Virus record (IMG/VR): IMGVR_UViG_2654587588_000015
Span: 1 to 31,263 of that record
Strand: one strand, 5' to 3'
Source of the DNA: a virus
Lineage: Duplodnaviria > Heunggongvirae > Uroviricota > Caudoviricetes
Length of the DNA: 31,263 bases
Shown here: positions 8,038-18,727 of the stretch, piece by piece
Numbering within the stretch: the stretch's first letter is position 1
Layout: the number at the start of each line of letters is the position of its first letter
The notes under the pieces: generated by a model
What the model was told of the DNA's origin: nothing
The model's input: only the letters and a program-made list of their open reading frames with translations
The model's database searches: none
Translations under genes and position numbers: made by a program

Positions 8038-8057
8038 AAATTCACCTTTGAGAAAAA

Positions 8058-8609
8058 ATGGCACTCACAGACAAGCAAGAGATGTTCTGTCGCGAGTACC
8101 TCATCGATTTAAACGCCACGCAAGCGGCTATTCGGGCGGGGTACAGCGCAAAGACAGCCAACCGTACTGCGTCCGAAAACATGTCAAAACCTGACATCAA
8201 GTTAAGAATCGCTGAACTGAAAGCGCAACGCAATGATCTTGTTGGTATTAATGCAGAATATGTACTTAATCGCCTTATTGAAATCGACCAGATGGATGTG
8301 CTTGACATTCTCCTGCAAAACGGTGAGCTAAAACCCATTAAAGACTGGCCTAAGGTATGGCGCACAACGTTATCAGGAATGGATGTCGTGGAGATGGCAT
8401 CCGCAGATAGCACCGCACTTCTGAAGAAAATCAAATGGCCTGATAAGGTTAAAAACCTTGAGTTGCTTGGGCGTCATGTTTCTGTTCAGGCGTTTAAAGA
8501 CAACATCAAAAATGAAGTGACTGGCGCTGATGGAGGACCAGTCAGAACAGAAATTACCAACTTAACGCCGGAGCAGGCTGCAGAGGCGTATAGAAAAATG
8601 ATGGACTAA
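8058..8609 (+). CDS. Terminase small subunit (Terminase_2-like)
   Basis: N-terminal motif [21 protein letters not shown] typical of this family; immediately upstream of the large subunit. Confidence 0.8.
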   Translation: MALTDKQEMFCREYLIDLNATQAAIRAGYSAKTANRTASENMSKPDIKLRIAELKAQRNDLVGINAEYVLNRLIEIDQMDVLDILLQNGELKPIKDWPKVWRTTLSGMDVVEMASADSTALLKKIKWPDKVKNLELLGRHVSVQAFKDNIKNEVTGADGGPVRTEITNLTPEQAAEAYRKMMD

Positions 8610-8611
8610 GT

Positions 8612-10234
8612 ATGCCGTTACCATTCCCCTTCGATTTTAAACATCCTGATTACCAGATGGTTTTTGAATGGCGGATGGAACGCTTACAGCGCATTCGCCA
8701 GAACCCTGAAATATTGCCAGCACTAAAACAGTTTTACCGAACCAACCCGGCTCAGTTCATCATTGACTGGGGCATGACAACGGACCCGCGTAATATTGAT
8801 TATGGCCTGCCGGTGACCATTCCGTTTTTACTCTTCCCTAAGCAGGAGGAGTGGATCCACTGGATTATGGAACGCTGGGGCAATCGGGAGAATGGTATTA
8901 CCGAAAAATCCCGTGAAATGGGGCTCAGTTGGACCGCGATCGGACTGGCCTGCTCGCTTTGTCTCTTCAACAAAGAAATGGTTATCGGTTTCGGCTCCCG
9001 TAAAGAGGAATACGTCGACAGCACTGGTGACCCGAAAGCATTGTTCTGGAAGGCACGCAAGTTCGTGGAAACGCTACCTGTAGAGTTTCGCGGTTCGTGG
9101 AGTGAGAAGAAGCACGCGCCATATATGCGTGTTGAGTTTCCTGAAACTGGTGCCGTTATCAAAGGCGAGGCTGGCGATAATATTGGTCGTGGTGACCGTA
9201 CCACGCTTTATCTGGTTGATGAGGCTGCATTCCTTCAGCGTCCTCTGCTGATTGATGCGGCGTTGTCACAAACGACGCGTTGCCGTATCGACCTGAGTTC
9301 AGTTAACGGCATGGCTAACCCGTTCGCTCAGAAGCGTCATGGCGGGAAGATACCGGTATTCACATTCCACTGGCGGGATGATCCTCGCAAGGATGAAGAG
9401 TGGTATCGCAGGGAATGCGAGAAAATCGATAATCCGGTGGTGGTGGCACAGGAACTTGATCTGAACTACAGCGCATCAGCGGAAGGCGTTCTGATTCCAT
9501 CCGAATGGGTACAGGCTGCCGTTGATGCGCATATCAAACTGGGTATCCAGCCAACAGGCAAACGACTTGGCGCGATGGATGTCGCCGACGAAGGCAGGGA
9601 CAAAAATGCCTTTTCCACCCGTCATGGCTTCCTCTTGGAAAATGTGCGGGAATGGTCCGGTGTGGGCAGCGACATTTATCAGTCCGTCGAGAAGGTTTTC
9701 GGCTTTTGCGAACAGGACAACCTCGAAGAGTTTCGCTTTGACGAGGACGGGCTGGGCGCTGGCGTTCGCGGCGATGCACGCGCTATCAACGAACTGCGTA
9801 ACGCTGCGCGTCGACCGTCAATACTTGCCACACCGTTTCGAGGTAGTGGCGCGGTATTTGATCCGGATGATGAAGCTGTTCGCGGGGACAACGGGCAAGC
9901 AGCACGTCTGAACAAGGACTTCTTCGCTAACGCCAAAGCCCAGAGCTGGTGGCGGTTACGTAAACTTTTTCAGAATACCTGGCGCGCCGTGGTTGAAGGT
10001 ATGGCTTACAACCCGGACGAAATCATCTCAATCAGCAGTAGCATGGCACTCAAAGATAAACTCATCATCGAGCTTTCGCAGCCGACCTATTCCATTAATG
10101 GTGTGGGAAAAATCGTTATTGATAAACAGCCTGATGGAACCCGATCGCCAAACCTTGCCGACTCGGTGATGATCAACTATGCCCCAATGAATTCAGCCCT
10201 GAACATCTGGGAGCTGCTAGGGAGACAGGCCTGA
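8612..10234 (+). CDS. Terminase large subunit (540 aa)
   Basis: Size, position after terS and before portal; family assignment by recall. Confidence 0.85.
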   Translation: MPLPFPFDFKHPDYQMVFEWRMERLQRIRQNPEILPALKQFYRTNPAQFIIDWGMTTDPRNIDYGLPVTIPFLLFPKQEEWIHWIMERWGNRENGITEKSREMGLSWTAIGLACSLCLFNKEMVIGFGSRKEEYVDSTGDPKALFWKARKFVETLPVEFRGSWSEKKHAPYMRVEFPETGAVIKGEAGDNIGRGDRTTLYLVDEAAFLQRPLLIDAALSQTTRCRIDLSSVNGMANPFAQKRHGGKIPVFTFHWRDDPRKDEEWYRRECEKIDNPVVVAQELDLNYSASAEGVLIPSEWVQAAVDAHIKLGIQPTGKRLGAMDVADEGRDKNAFSTRHGFLLENVREWSGVGSDIYQSVEKVFGFCEQDNLEEFRFDEDGLGAGVRGDARAINELRNAARRPSILATPFRGSGAVFDPDDEAVRGDNGQAARLNKDFFANAKAQSWWRLRKLFQNTWRAVVEGMAYNPDEIISISSSMALKDKLIIELSQPTYSINGVGKIVIDKQPDGTRSPNLADSVMINYAPMNSALNIWELLGRQA

Positions 10235-11703
10235 TGGCACGAAACAAACAAGCCCTGCGGCGAACTGCGCAGGCTACAGCTGATGGTTATGAGAATTTTA
10301 TTGCCCGCGTAGGGATGCAGACACCTAACCAGCACTCAGCATCCACCTACCGGGCTAATTTCACCAGTCGTAACCGCATGCTTGTGGAATGGTCCTATCG
10401 TTCATCCTGGATCATCGGCGAAGCAGTCGATGCTATCCCGGATGATATGACCCGCAAAGGCATTCGCATCACTTCGGAAATTGATGCAAAAGATCGTGGC
10501 ATTCTCGAATCACAACTGGATGAGTTGCAAATCTGGGATGCGCTGAATGACGTGCTGAAATGGTCGCGCCTCTACGGCGGCGCGGTGGGTTTCATCATGA
10601 TTGAGGGACAGGCACCAATGACCCCGCTGCGACCCGAAACCATCGGTAAGGGCAAGTTTAAGGGGATTCTCCCGCTCGACCGCTGGATGATCGACCCGGT
10701 ACTGACCCGCCGCATTAAAGATATGGGGCCGGACCTGGGTAAACCTGAGTTTTACGATGTGGTGACCACAGCAACGGGAATTCCTGCCTGGCGCATTCAT
10801 CACAGTCGCCTGATTCGCTTTGATGGCGTCACGCTGCCATTTCAGCAGAAGATGACCGAGAACGAATGGGGAATGTCGGTTGTAGAGCGTATCTGGGATC
10901 GTCTTACCGCGTTCGACAGCGCTACTGTCGGCGCGGCGCAGCTGGTCTACAAAGCGCATTTGCGTACCTACAGCGTGGAGAAACTACGCGAGCTTATCGC
11001 ACTTGGTGGTCCTGCGTATGAAGCGTTGCTGAAGAATATTGACCTGATTCGACAGTTCCAGAGCAATGAAGGCATGACTCTCATGGACTCGCGGGATAAG
11101 TTTGAAACCCATCAGTACAGCTTCAGTGGTCTGGATGACATCCTTTCACAGTTTGCAGAACAGATTAGTGGCGCTGTTGGTATCCCACTGGTGCGGTTGT
11201 TCGGACAGTCACCGAAGGGATTTTCTACCGGCGATGCAGACCTTGCCAACTATTACGACCGGGTAAGCTCGTTGCAGGAGAGGCGTTTACGTCTTCCGGT
11301 GCGGCGGATACTGGACATCATGCATCGTTCGGAACTTGGCAAGCCGCTCCCGGATGATTTCACGTTTGAGTTTAACCCGCTCTGGCAAATGTCTGATGTC
11401 GATCGTTCAACGGTGGCGTTAAATACCACCAACGCAATCAGTACAGCGCTGGGTGATGGTCTGATGACACTGAAAGCCGCTATGACTGATTTGCGCGAAA
11501 ATTCTGACGTAACCGGCATCGGGGCATCCATTACCGACGAGGACATAGAGAATGCCGAAGACGAAGCGCCGCCAGGCATCGGCGAACTTGGCGACAAACC
11601 GCCAGAGTCGCCAGGCGGAGATCCGATATCGAACGAGCCTACGGCAGATAGCGCGGGCGGTCGGGGATATCGTAAATGGGCGCTACGATGGTTCAAACGA
11701 TAG
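10234..11703 (+). CDS. Portal protein (DUF1073-type)
   Basis: Start overlaps terL stop; 489 aa; position and recalled family features. Confidence 0.8.
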   Translation: MARNKQALRRTAQATADGYENFIARVGMQTPNQHSASTYRANFTSRNRMLVEWSYRSSWIIGEAVDAIPDDMTRKGIRITSEIDAKDRGILESQLDELQIWDALNDVLKWSRLYGGAVGFIMIEGQAPMTPLRPETIGKGKFKGILPLDRWMIDPVLTRRIKDMGPDLGKPEFYDVVTTATGIPAWRIHHSRLIRFDGVTLPFQQKMTENEWGMSVVERIWDRLTAFDSATVGAAQLVYKAHLRTYSVEKLRELIALGGPAYEALLKNIDLIRQFQSNEGMTLMDSRDKFETHQYSFSGLDDILSQFAEQISGAVGIPLVRLFGQSPKGFSTGDADLANYYDRVSSLQERRLRLPVRRILDIMHRSELGKPLPDDFTFEFNPLWQMSDVDRSTVALNTTNAISTALGDGLMTLKAAMTDLRENSDVTGIGASITDEDIENAEDEAPPGIGELGDKPPESPGGDPISNEPTADSAGGRGYRKWALRWFKR

Positions 11704-12325
11704 CGTCACCGAAATCATGGATGCGCTGGAGCGCTACAGCGAAATCATCACCCCCTGGGCGACGAAGGTTGCTGAGAACTTTACCGCCGACATTGCGCGC
11801 CAGAATGAAAAGCAGTGGCGTCAGCACAGCCGGAACATCAGTGCAGAGCTGCGCAACATGGTTGACCGCGCCCCGGTAGGCCAGGTGATGAAATCCATCG
11901 TCGCCGAGCAAATTAAGTACATTAAGTCACTGCCTCTTGAGGCCGCCGATCGGGTGTATGACATTCAGAACAAGGCCATCGAGGCCGTTGTGTCTGGTGG
12001 CCGCGCTGAACCATTCGCGAAAGAGATAGCAGCGTCCGGTGACGTGTCACGCTCACGAGCGAACCTTATCGCCCGTACCGAGCTTGGACGTGCAACCGGC
12101 GCGCTGGATCAGGCGCGTGCGCTGTCAATCGGCTCGAATGGTTATATCTGGCGTACAGCCGAAGATGGCGACGTCCGGCATTCTCATCGGGAGATGGAAG
12201 GTAAGTTTGTCGAATGGGGCAAACCTCCAACGCTTGATGGCATGACCGGTCACGCTGGCGAGCTCCCGAATTGTCGCTGTTATAAAGAAATCGTTTTTCC
12301 CAACCCTCATTCTTATCTCGCCTGA
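11552..12325 (+). CDS. Head morphogenesis protein (Mu F / SPP1 gp7-like minor capsid protein)
   Basis: Conserved position after portal; alternative in-frame start at ATG 11717 would remove the overlap with portal. Confidence 0.65.
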   Translation: MPKTKRRQASANLATNRQSRQAEIRYRTSLRQIARAVGDIVNGRYDGSNDSVTEIMDALERYSEIITPWATKVAENFTADIARQNEKQWRQHSRNISAELRNMVDRAPVGQVMKSIVAEQIKYIKSLPLEAADRVYDIQNKAIEAVVSGGRAEPFAKEIAASGDVSRSRANLIARTELGRATGALDQARALSIGSNGYIWRTAEDGDVRHSHREMEGKFVEWGKPPTLDGMTGHAGELPNCRCYKEIVFPNPHSYLA

Positions 12326-12339
12326 ATCGCAGGTAAACC

Positions 12340-13560
12340 ATGAAATATTTTTTCAATACCCGGCTGGGGGAAACCCGCTATCAGCTGGCTGACGGCTCGC
12401 TGCTGTGCAAAGACGTGCCGATAGGTCGAACGGGTAAGCAGCTCTACGGCGCTGCCGATCTGCCAAACCTCAAACCCGACAAGCTCGGTGAGATAGTCGT
12501 AACGCGTTCTCCTGAGCAGGTATTCCATCCGGCCACGCTCGCCTCATTCGAAGGGATGAGCATCACGATCCTGCATCCTGAAGATGAAAACGGGAATGTG
12601 CGGCTGGTAAATCCCGAGAACTGGAAAGAGCTTGCTGTCGGGCACCTCCAGAATGTCCGGCGCGGGACGGGTGAGCAGTCTGATTTGATGCTGGCTGACC
12701 TTATCGTCAAAGACGAAAACGCCATTCAGCTTATCGAAGATGGCCTGCGTGAAGTGTCGTGCGGCTATGACGCGGAGTACGAGCAGACCGAGCCAGGTAA
12801 AGCCGAGCAGGTCGATATTACCGGAAACCATGTGGCTCTTGTCCCCAAAGGCAGAGCCGGAAATCGTTGTGCAATTGGAGACAGAGACACAATGGCAAAT
12901 CAAAAGAAAAACTGGTGGAACCGCATGCGTGCAGCCATCAAAACAGGAGATGCCGACACCATGAACGAACTGGTGGAGTCGGCTCCCGCATCGGTTACAG
13001 GAGATGAGGGGGATTTGCCGCAGGGCGTTAATCTCAACATCAACCTGTCCCCGCAGCAACCACTACCGGACAAAGCACCAGAGATGGGTGGAGGTCCAAC
13101 CGGCGACAGTGATGATGACCTCAAAACATTACTGAAAGCCCTGCTGGCTAAGCTGGAAGGAAATGCGACGGGCGATAACGACAATAAGCCTGACGATAAT
13201 CCGACCGGTGACGGCGAGGACGATGAAGAGGAAACCACGATTACTGGTGACTCAGCCTGGCGTGCCGAAGTTATCGTTCCGGGTATCGATCTGAGCCGTA
13301 AGATGAAACCGACCGCGTTCAAACGCGAGGTTCTGGCTTCCGCAGATAAAACACTGGTTCGCCAGATAGTCGGTGATGCGGATATCCGCAAATTGCCGAA
13401 ACAATCGGTCGACATGGCGTTTAATGCCGTGTCTGAGATTGCCAAAGGGCGAAACACCCGCGCCACCACCGGCGATGCACAGCGCCCAAACATGGGCATG
13501 ACCAGTATCGCTTCCCTGAACAAACAAAACGCTGAATTCTGGGCAAACCGTAAAGGGTAA
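12340..13560 (+). CDS. DUF2213-like capsid scaffold/maturation protein with acidic low-complexity linker
   Basis: 406 aa; central Asp/Glu/Gly-rich region; position between Mu-F-like gene and capsid genes. Confidence 0.55.
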   Translation: MKYFFNTRLGETRYQLADGSLLCKDVPIGRTGKQLYGAADLPNLKPDKLGEIVVTRSPEQVFHPATLASFEGMSITILHPEDENGNVRLVNPENWKELAVGHLQNVRRGTGEQSDLMLADLIVKDENAIQLIEDGLREVSCGYDAEYEQTEPGKAEQVDITGNHVALVPKGRAGNRCAIGDRDTMANQKKNWWNRMRAAIKTGDADTMNELVESAPASVTGDEGDLPQGVNLNINLSPQQPLPDKAPEMGGGPTGDSDDDLKTLLKALLAKLEGNATGDNDNKPDDNPTGDGEDDEEETTITGDSAWRAEVIVPGIDLSRKMKPTAFKREVLASADKTLVRQIVGDADIRKLPKQSVDMAFNAVSEIAKGRNTRATTGDAQRPNMGMTSIASLNKQNAEFWANRKG

Positions 13561-13563
13561 AAA

Positions 13564-14070
13564 ATGAATAATGTATTTCTGTACCGGATGCCTGTTGGCA
13601 TTGCCGGGGCTGTCTCTCGCCCGCAGGACTTAACCGTCGAACCGGTGGTCCTTAAATCCGATAACGCCTTCGCTGCCTATGGGCTGGCTGGTAAATACGA
13701 TGATGACGGTTTTTTCGTGCCGCTGGCAGATGGTGATACCGCAGACAAGGTGAAGGGGATCTATGTGCGCCCTTATCCGACCACTTCGCAGCCGGACATG
13801 GTTCGCCAGGTGGGGAGTGGCAAGAACTTCCCGGGCGACGCAATGAAGCGTGGCTACGTGACCGTTAATCTCGGTTCTGATTTTGATGCCAGCACCATCA
13901 AAAAAGGCGACCCGGTATACGTTGTCGTCTCCACTGATGAATCCATCAAAGTGCCGCTGGGTGGATTCATGGCCACGTCAGTCAGTGGCAAAAACGTGGT
14001 GCTGACCAACGCTGAATTCACAGGTGCCGGTGATGCTAACGGCAATGCAGAAATTTCCTGGAAGATTTAA
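13564..14070 (+). CDS. Putative head decoration / capsid-associated structural protein
   Basis: 168 aa ORF immediately upstream of the major capsid gene. Confidence 0.45.
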   Translation: MNNVFLYRMPVGIAGAVSRPQDLTVEPVVLKSDNAFAAYGLAGKYDDDGFFVPLADGDTADKVKGIYVRPYPTTSQPDMVRQVGSGKNFPGDAMKRGYVTVNLGSDFDASTIKKGDPVYVVVSTDESIKVPLGGFMATSVSGKNVVLTNAEFTGAGDANGNAEISWKI

Positions 14071-14081
14071 GGAACAGACGA

Positions 14082-15023
14082 ATGATTACTTTTGATCAGG
14101 CAACCGTTGACAGCTCTGGTACCTTTCTCATCGGGGAGCTGGAACGACTCGACCAGACGCTGAACCTGCCACTGGTGGGGTACACCTGGACCCGTGATAT
14201 CCAACTGCGTGAAGATGTCTCCATCGCAGATGACATTTCCAGCTGGACGAATACCAGCTTCGCCGCTGCGGGTACTGGCGCAAATCCGAATGGCAAAAAC
14301 TGGGTAGGCAAAGGCTCAACCGCTATTGCTGGCGTGAACGTGGATATCGGCAAATCCGGTAACCCGCTGAACCTGTGGGGGATGGAACTTGGCTGGACGG
14401 TCATAGAATTGCAGGCTGCTCAGCAGGTCGGACGCCCGATTGATACGCAGAAGTATGACGGGATGCAACTGAAATGGCAGATGGATAACGATGAACAGGT
14501 GTATGTTGGCGATTCCGCATTAAACCTGAAAGGCCTTGTTACCCTGAACGGTGTTCCTGTCAACAACGCTGCCAAAACGTGGGCAACCTCAACACCGGAC
14601 GAAATCCGCGCAAGCATTAACCAGGTGCTGTCTGATGCGTGGGCCGCTTCCGGTTACTCTGTGGTTCCGCGTGATTTGCTGATCCCACCTGAGCAGTTTG
14701 CTCTGTTGTCCAGCATCATCGTTTCATCTGCGGGTAACCAGTCCCTGTTGACGTACCTTCAGACTAACACCATTAGCTATCACCAGAACGGTGTTCCGCT
14801 GAATATCCGCGCGGTTAAATGGCTGAAAGGCCGTGGTGTGGGGAAAAAGGATCGCATGGTTGCGTACACCAACGATAAAAAATACGTCCGCTACCCGCTG
14901 GTTCCGCTTCAGAGCGTGCCGGTGCAGTATCGCGGTCTGTATCAGATCGTCACTTACTACGGCAAGCTGGGTGCGGTTGAGCCAGTGTACAAAGAAACCA
15001 TTTCGTACGTTGATGGCATTTAA
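14082..15023 (+). CDS. Major capsid protein (DUF2184-type)
   Basis: 313 aa, position in head module, recalled family features. Confidence 0.75.
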   Translation: MITFDQATVDSSGTFLIGELERLDQTLNLPLVGYTWTRDIQLREDVSIADDISSWTNTSFAAAGTGANPNGKNWVGKGSTAIAGVNVDIGKSGNPLNLWGMELGWTVIELQAAQQVGRPIDTQKYDGMQLKWQMDNDEQVYVGDSALNLKGLVTLNGVPVNNAAKTWATSTPDEIRASINQVLSDAWAASGYSVVPRDLLIPPEQFALLSSIIVSSAGNQSLLTYLQTNTISYHQNGVPLNIRAVKWLKGRGVGKKDRMVAYTNDKKYVRYPLVPLQSVPVQYRGLYQIVTYYGKLGAVEPVYKETISYVDGI

Positions 15024-15030
15024 CAGCCAC

Positions 15031-15051
15031 ATGGCCCCCTGGCGGGGCCAT
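15031..15051 (+). promoter_or_regulatory. Perfect 8-bp GC-rich stem-loop just 3' of the major capsid gene (no T-tract)
   Basis: ATGGCCCC-CTGGC-GGGGCCAT read directly. Confidence 0.45.
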
Positions 15052-15064
15052 TAAGGATGACCCG

Positions 15065-15286
15065 ATGGCAAAAAATAATGCAGTAATACACGTACATACC
15101 CCGTTTGTGCTCACGCTTCCCGACGGTTCTCGGCGCGAGTTTGTTAAAGGCCGTCATGCTGTGGAGGAAGACGTTGCCACGCACTGGTTCACTCGTGCGC
15201 ACGCGGAAGTATCCGTTGGCAAAGCCACAGACGCGCGTAACGAGGTAAAAAATGCCAAAGAATCAAAGTCTGCCAGCGGTAAGTGA
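15065..15286 (+). CDS. Small hypothetical head-module protein (73 aa)
   Basis: ORF between capsid gene and connector genes. Confidence 0.4.
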   Translation: MAKNNAVIHVHTPFVLTLPDGSRREFVKGRHAVEEDVATHWFTRAHAEVSVGKATDARNEVKNAKESKSASGK

Positions 15287-15659
15287 TTTTCGCCGCGACT
15301 TCCCGCAGTTTGCTGACCCTGCCAAATATCCCGAAGCGCAAATCCAGTTTCGTCTGAATCTGGCCGATGAACTGCTGAGCGAAAACGTCACCGGCAAAAA
15401 GTTGTTTCCGTACTTTGCCGGGTTGTTCGTTGCGCACTACATGACGCTCTGGGCGGCAGACAGCCGGGCGATGCTGGCTGGTGGTTCGGGCGGTTCAACC
15501 AATGGTGTTCAGTCCTCAAAGTCCGTGGATAAGGTAAGCGTCAGTTATGACACCAGCGCGACGCTGAATCCTGATGCAGGTTTCTGGAATAACACCCGAT
15601 ATGGCGCTGAATTTTATCAGTTGATCACGATGTTCGGTGCAGGCGGTCGCCAGCTATGA
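15252..15659 (+). CDS. Head-tail connector protein (DUF4054-like)
   Basis: ATG with GAGG RBS; position; family by recall. Confidence 0.55.
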   Translation: MPKNQSLPAVSDFRRDFPQFADPAKYPEAQIQFRLNLADELLSENVTGKKLFPYFAGLFVAHYMTLWAADSRAMLAGGSGGSTNGVQSSKSVDKVSVSYDTSATLNPDAGFWNNTRYGAEFYQLITMFGAGGRQL

Positions 15660-16210
15660 GTTTCAAAAGCGGTGTAACCACGAGGGTGGATAACGCTAAG
15701 GCCATTCTGGATGCGCTCAGGTCGTTAACCAAAAAAGATGTGCTGGTCGGCATCCCTTCGGAAGACAGTGAACGGGATGATGTTCCGTTTGGTAATGCGG
15801 GCATCGGTTACCTCAACGAATACGGCTCACCAGAGCAGAACATCCCGCCACGACCTCACCTGGTCCCCGGCGTTAAATCGGCAGAAGAGCAGACGGTGCC
15901 GCAGCTCAAAGCCGCGGCGCAGGCTGCACTGGATGGTAATGCTGCGGGAGCAGAAATCGCACTCAACCGTGCCGGAACGCTGGCCGTTAATGGCGTCAGG
16001 CGTTACATGACCATTACCAGCTTTACGCCGCTTGCTGACAGCACTGTTGAAGCCCGGGATCGTCGGGGGCGCAAGGGGGCAACACTGGAACTTGCCCGGC
16101 GTGCTGCTGGCGAATCTCCCGGAACCGATCTGGCGAAACCATTAATTGATACCGGGCAATATCGCAGAGCTATTACCCATGTTGTGAGGGATAAAGATGC
16201 CGACTCTTGA
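15656..16210 (+). CDS. Head-tail adaptor / neck protein
   Basis: Translationally coupled ORF in neck region. Confidence 0.55.
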   Translation: MSFKSGVTTRVDNAKAILDALRSLTKKDVLVGIPSEDSERDDVPFGNAGIGYLNEYGSPEQNIPPRPHLVPGVKSAEEQTVPQLKAAAQAALDGNAAGAEIALNRAGTLAVNGVRRYMTITSFTPLADSTVEARDRRGRKGATLELARRAAGESPGTDLAKPLIDTGQYRRAITHVVRDKDADS

Positions 16211-16586
16211 TGTAACAGATGTGCTTTTTGACCCCGATTTTTGCGACTTCAATTTGTGGGTAACACGCCGTGTGCAAACGGTGGATGAGGACGGGATCGG
16301 CAGCGACAGCGAAGTTAAAAAGCAGTTTGCCGGAGTCGTTACTGTTGATCGCTCTCTGGAAAACCGTCGTATGCAGGCCGGGCAGGTAATCAGTGGTGCA
16401 ATTCTGATTGTGACGACTGAGCGACTGACGCAGGGACAGACTGGCCGTGATGCCGATATCGTGACGTATCAGGGCCGTGATTACCGTGTGACCTTCGTCG
16501 ATCCGTATACAGCTTATGGTGCCGGATTCGTTCAGGCGCATTGTGAGTTGCTGCCGTTTGATGGGGGAATTCCGGTTGAGCAATAA
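16197..16586 (+). CDS. Neck / head completion protein
   Basis: Overlapping coupled ORF in neck region. Confidence 0.55.
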   Translation: MPTLDVTDVLFDPDFCDFNLWVTRRVQTVDEDGIGSDSEVKKQFAGVVTVDRSLENRRMQAGQVISGAILIVTTERLTQGQTGRDADIVTYQGRDYRVTFVDPYTAYGAGFVQAHCELLPFDGGIPVEQ

Positions 16587-17124
16587 CACCAGCACAGAGC
16601 GCGGATGGCTGACACCAACCAGTGGCGATCCGGATTATGACGAAGCGCTCGACAGGCTGTTAAGCCAGTGGATGCGTAACGTTTCCGGTCTGTCTGCCGG
16701 GATGGTTCGTCCGCGCTGGCAGAAAGAGCAGCCGCCACTGCTACCGGCTGAAACGAACTGGTGTGCGTTTGGGGTTATCGGATGGTCAGGTGATGACAGT
16801 CCGGCATTCACCAGACAGACCGATGATGGCTCTCAGCTCTGGCGGCATGAAACGATTGAGTGTATGGCTTCGTTTTATGGTCCGGCGGGGATGGTGTATG
16901 CGTCCCGGTTTCGTGACGGTATATCTGTACCGCAGAACAACGCAGCACTGAATGCGCTGGGACTGTCTCTTGGCGATTACACAGGTCTGACTCCCTTCCC
17001 TGAACTTATTAATCAGCAATGGGTCCGCCGCTACGATATGACGGTGCGTCTGCGCCGGAAGGTTGTGCGCGAGTACGGTATTAAATCGCTGGTGGAAGCA
17101 CCAGTCATCTTTTTCGGAGATTAA
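16561..17124 (+). CDS. Putative tail completion / neck protein
   Basis: ORF ending just before the sheath gene; start uncertain (ATG 16561, TTG 16576 or ATG 16672). Confidence 0.45.
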   Translation: MGEFRLSNNTSTERGWLTPTSGDPDYDEALDRLLSQWMRNVSGLSAGMVRPRWQKEQPPLLPAETNWCAFGVIGWSGDDSPAFTRQTDDGSQLWRHETIECMASFYGPAGMVYASRFRDGISVPQNNAALNALGLSLGDYTGLTPFPELINQQWVRRYDMTVRLRRKVVREYGIKSLVEAPVIFFGD

Positions 17125-17127
17125 GCT

Positions 17128-18273
17128 ATGGCACAGGGCTTGCCTGTATCAAACGTTGTTAATGTTGATGTGATCATGTCGCCGCGTGCAGCATCAGGGC
17201 GAAATTTTGGTGCATTACTCATTCTCGGCCCGTCCACAATCATTCCGGTAAGTGAGCGCATTCGCCGTTATTCTGCCGCGGAAGATATTGGAAAAGATTT
17301 TGGCGTGGAATCACCAGAATATAAGGCTGCGCAGGTGTTTTTCTCTCAATCACCGAAACCTCAGGAGGTTTTTGTTGGTCGTTGGGTGAAAACGAAGGGA
17401 GACAGCGAACAGGCCACGCCTGAGACGCTGGAGCAGGCTGTGAATGCCATGCTTGATTATACTTCATGGTATGGGCTGGGGATTGCAGACGATGCAGATA
17501 TTCCGGATGCAGACTGGCTGAAAGTGGCTGCGGCGATCGAATCCTCTTCTGTAAGCCGTATTCTGGCGATTACGACAAGCGATGAGAAATGCCTGCAGAC
17601 TGCATCCAGCGATGATTTGGCATCAAAACTGAAAACCGCCGGATATTCACGCAGTTTTATTCAGTATTCATCGAGTAATAAATACGCTGCGTTATCTGCA
17701 TTTGGCCGGGCATTCACGGTTAATTTCAATGGCAGTAATACCGCGATTACGCTCAAGTTTAAGCAGGAGCCGGGCGTCGGGTATGAAACACTGACAGTCA
17801 GCCAGGCATCGGCACTTGATGCAAAAAACTGCAATGTATTCGTGTACTACCAGAATGATACGGCTATCCTCCAGCAGGGAGTGATGGCTAACGGCGATTT
17901 CTTTGATGAACGCCACGGCCTGGACTGGTTACAGAATTATGTGCAGACCAACCTCTATAACCTGCTTTATACCAGCACCACGAAAGTACCCCAGACTGAA
18001 GCCGGTATTACCCGACTGTTATCAAATGTTGAAAAATCACTGGATCAGGCCGTTCAGAATGGACTGATTGCTCCAGGCGTATGGAACGGTGGCGACCTGG
18101 GTCAGTTGTCATCAGGTGACACGCTGCCCAAAGGTTATTACGTATACGCCCAGCCACTGGATGAACAGGCACAATCAGAACGTGAAGCCCGTAAGGCTCC
18201 GGTGATTCAGGCTGCAATAAAACTTGCAGGCGCGGTTCATTACGCTGACGTACAGATTAACGTTGTTCGCTAA
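17128..18273 (+). CDS. Contractile tail sheath protein (DUF3383-like)
   Basis: 381 aa, GGAGA RBS, followed by tube and chaperone genes. Confidence 0.8.
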   Translation: MAQGLPVSNVVNVDVIMSPRAASGRNFGALLILGPSTIIPVSERIRRYSAAEDIGKDFGVESPEYKAAQVFFSQSPKPQEVFVGRWVKTKGDSEQATPETLEQAVNAMLDYTSWYGLGIADDADIPDADWLKVAAAIESSSVSRILAITTSDEKCLQTASSDDLASKLKTAGYSRSFIQYSSSNKYAALSAFGRAFTVNFNGSNTAITLKFKQEPGVGYETLTVSQASALDAKNCNVFVYYQNDTAILQQGVMANGDFFDERHGLDWLQNYVQTNLYNLLYTSTTKVPQTEAGITRLLSNVEKSLDQAVQNGLIAPGVWNGGDLGQLSSGDTLPKGYYVYAQPLDEQAQSEREARKAPVIQAAIKLAGAVHYADVQINVVR

Positions 18274-18283
18274 GGGGAAGTGA

Positions 18284-18724
18284 ATGTCTACCTATTCTTT
18301 TATGGATGTCACTGCGACGCTGACCGGGCCGACCGGTTCGATTGACCTCGGGTACGGTTCGGCAAGTTCTGAAGAGGGGATTGTGGTTGCGATGGGCGGT
18401 CCTAAAAACACCATGACCATCGGTGCTGATGGCGAAGTGATGCACAGTCTCCATGCAGATAAAAGCGGGACGATTACCGTTAACCTTCTGAAGACATCAC
18501 CGACAAATAAAAAATTGTCGCTGGCGTATAACGCACAGAGCCAGTCTTCTGCCACATGGGGGAATAACGTTATCGTGATCCGCAACAAGGTCAGCGGCGA
18601 CATCATCACGGCACGCAGTGTTGCGTTCCAGAAACAACCGGATAACGCCAACGCTAAAACCGGTAATACGATGCCGTGGGTGTTTGACTGCGGCAAGATT
18701 GACCAGGTTCTCGGGGAGTTTTAA
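18284..18724 (+). CDS. Tail tube protein
   Basis: 146 aa ORF directly after sheath. Confidence 0.7.
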   Translation: MSTYSFMDVTATLTGPTGSIDLGYGSASSEEGIVVAMGGPKNTMTIGADGEVMHSLHADKSGTITVNLLKTSPTNKKLSLAYNAQSQSSATWGNNVIVIRNKVSGDIITARSVAFQKQPDNANAKTGNTMPWVFDCGKIDQVLGEF

Positions 18725-18727
18725 TAC

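Noticed and set aside
8042-11696. Antisense and alternative-frame ORFs within terminase and portal genes (8042..8434, 8800..9204, 9522..9911, 9534..9779, 9679..9936, 10510..10959, 11253..11696)
   Set aside because: Embedded in long, well-supported structural genes; typical GC-rich shadow ORFs.
12444-13601. Long minus-strand ORFs (171 and 233 aa) antisense to the scaffold-like gene
   Set aside because: Ser/Pro/Gly-rich translations mirror the acidic low-complexity coding region on the plus strand; no independent start signals.
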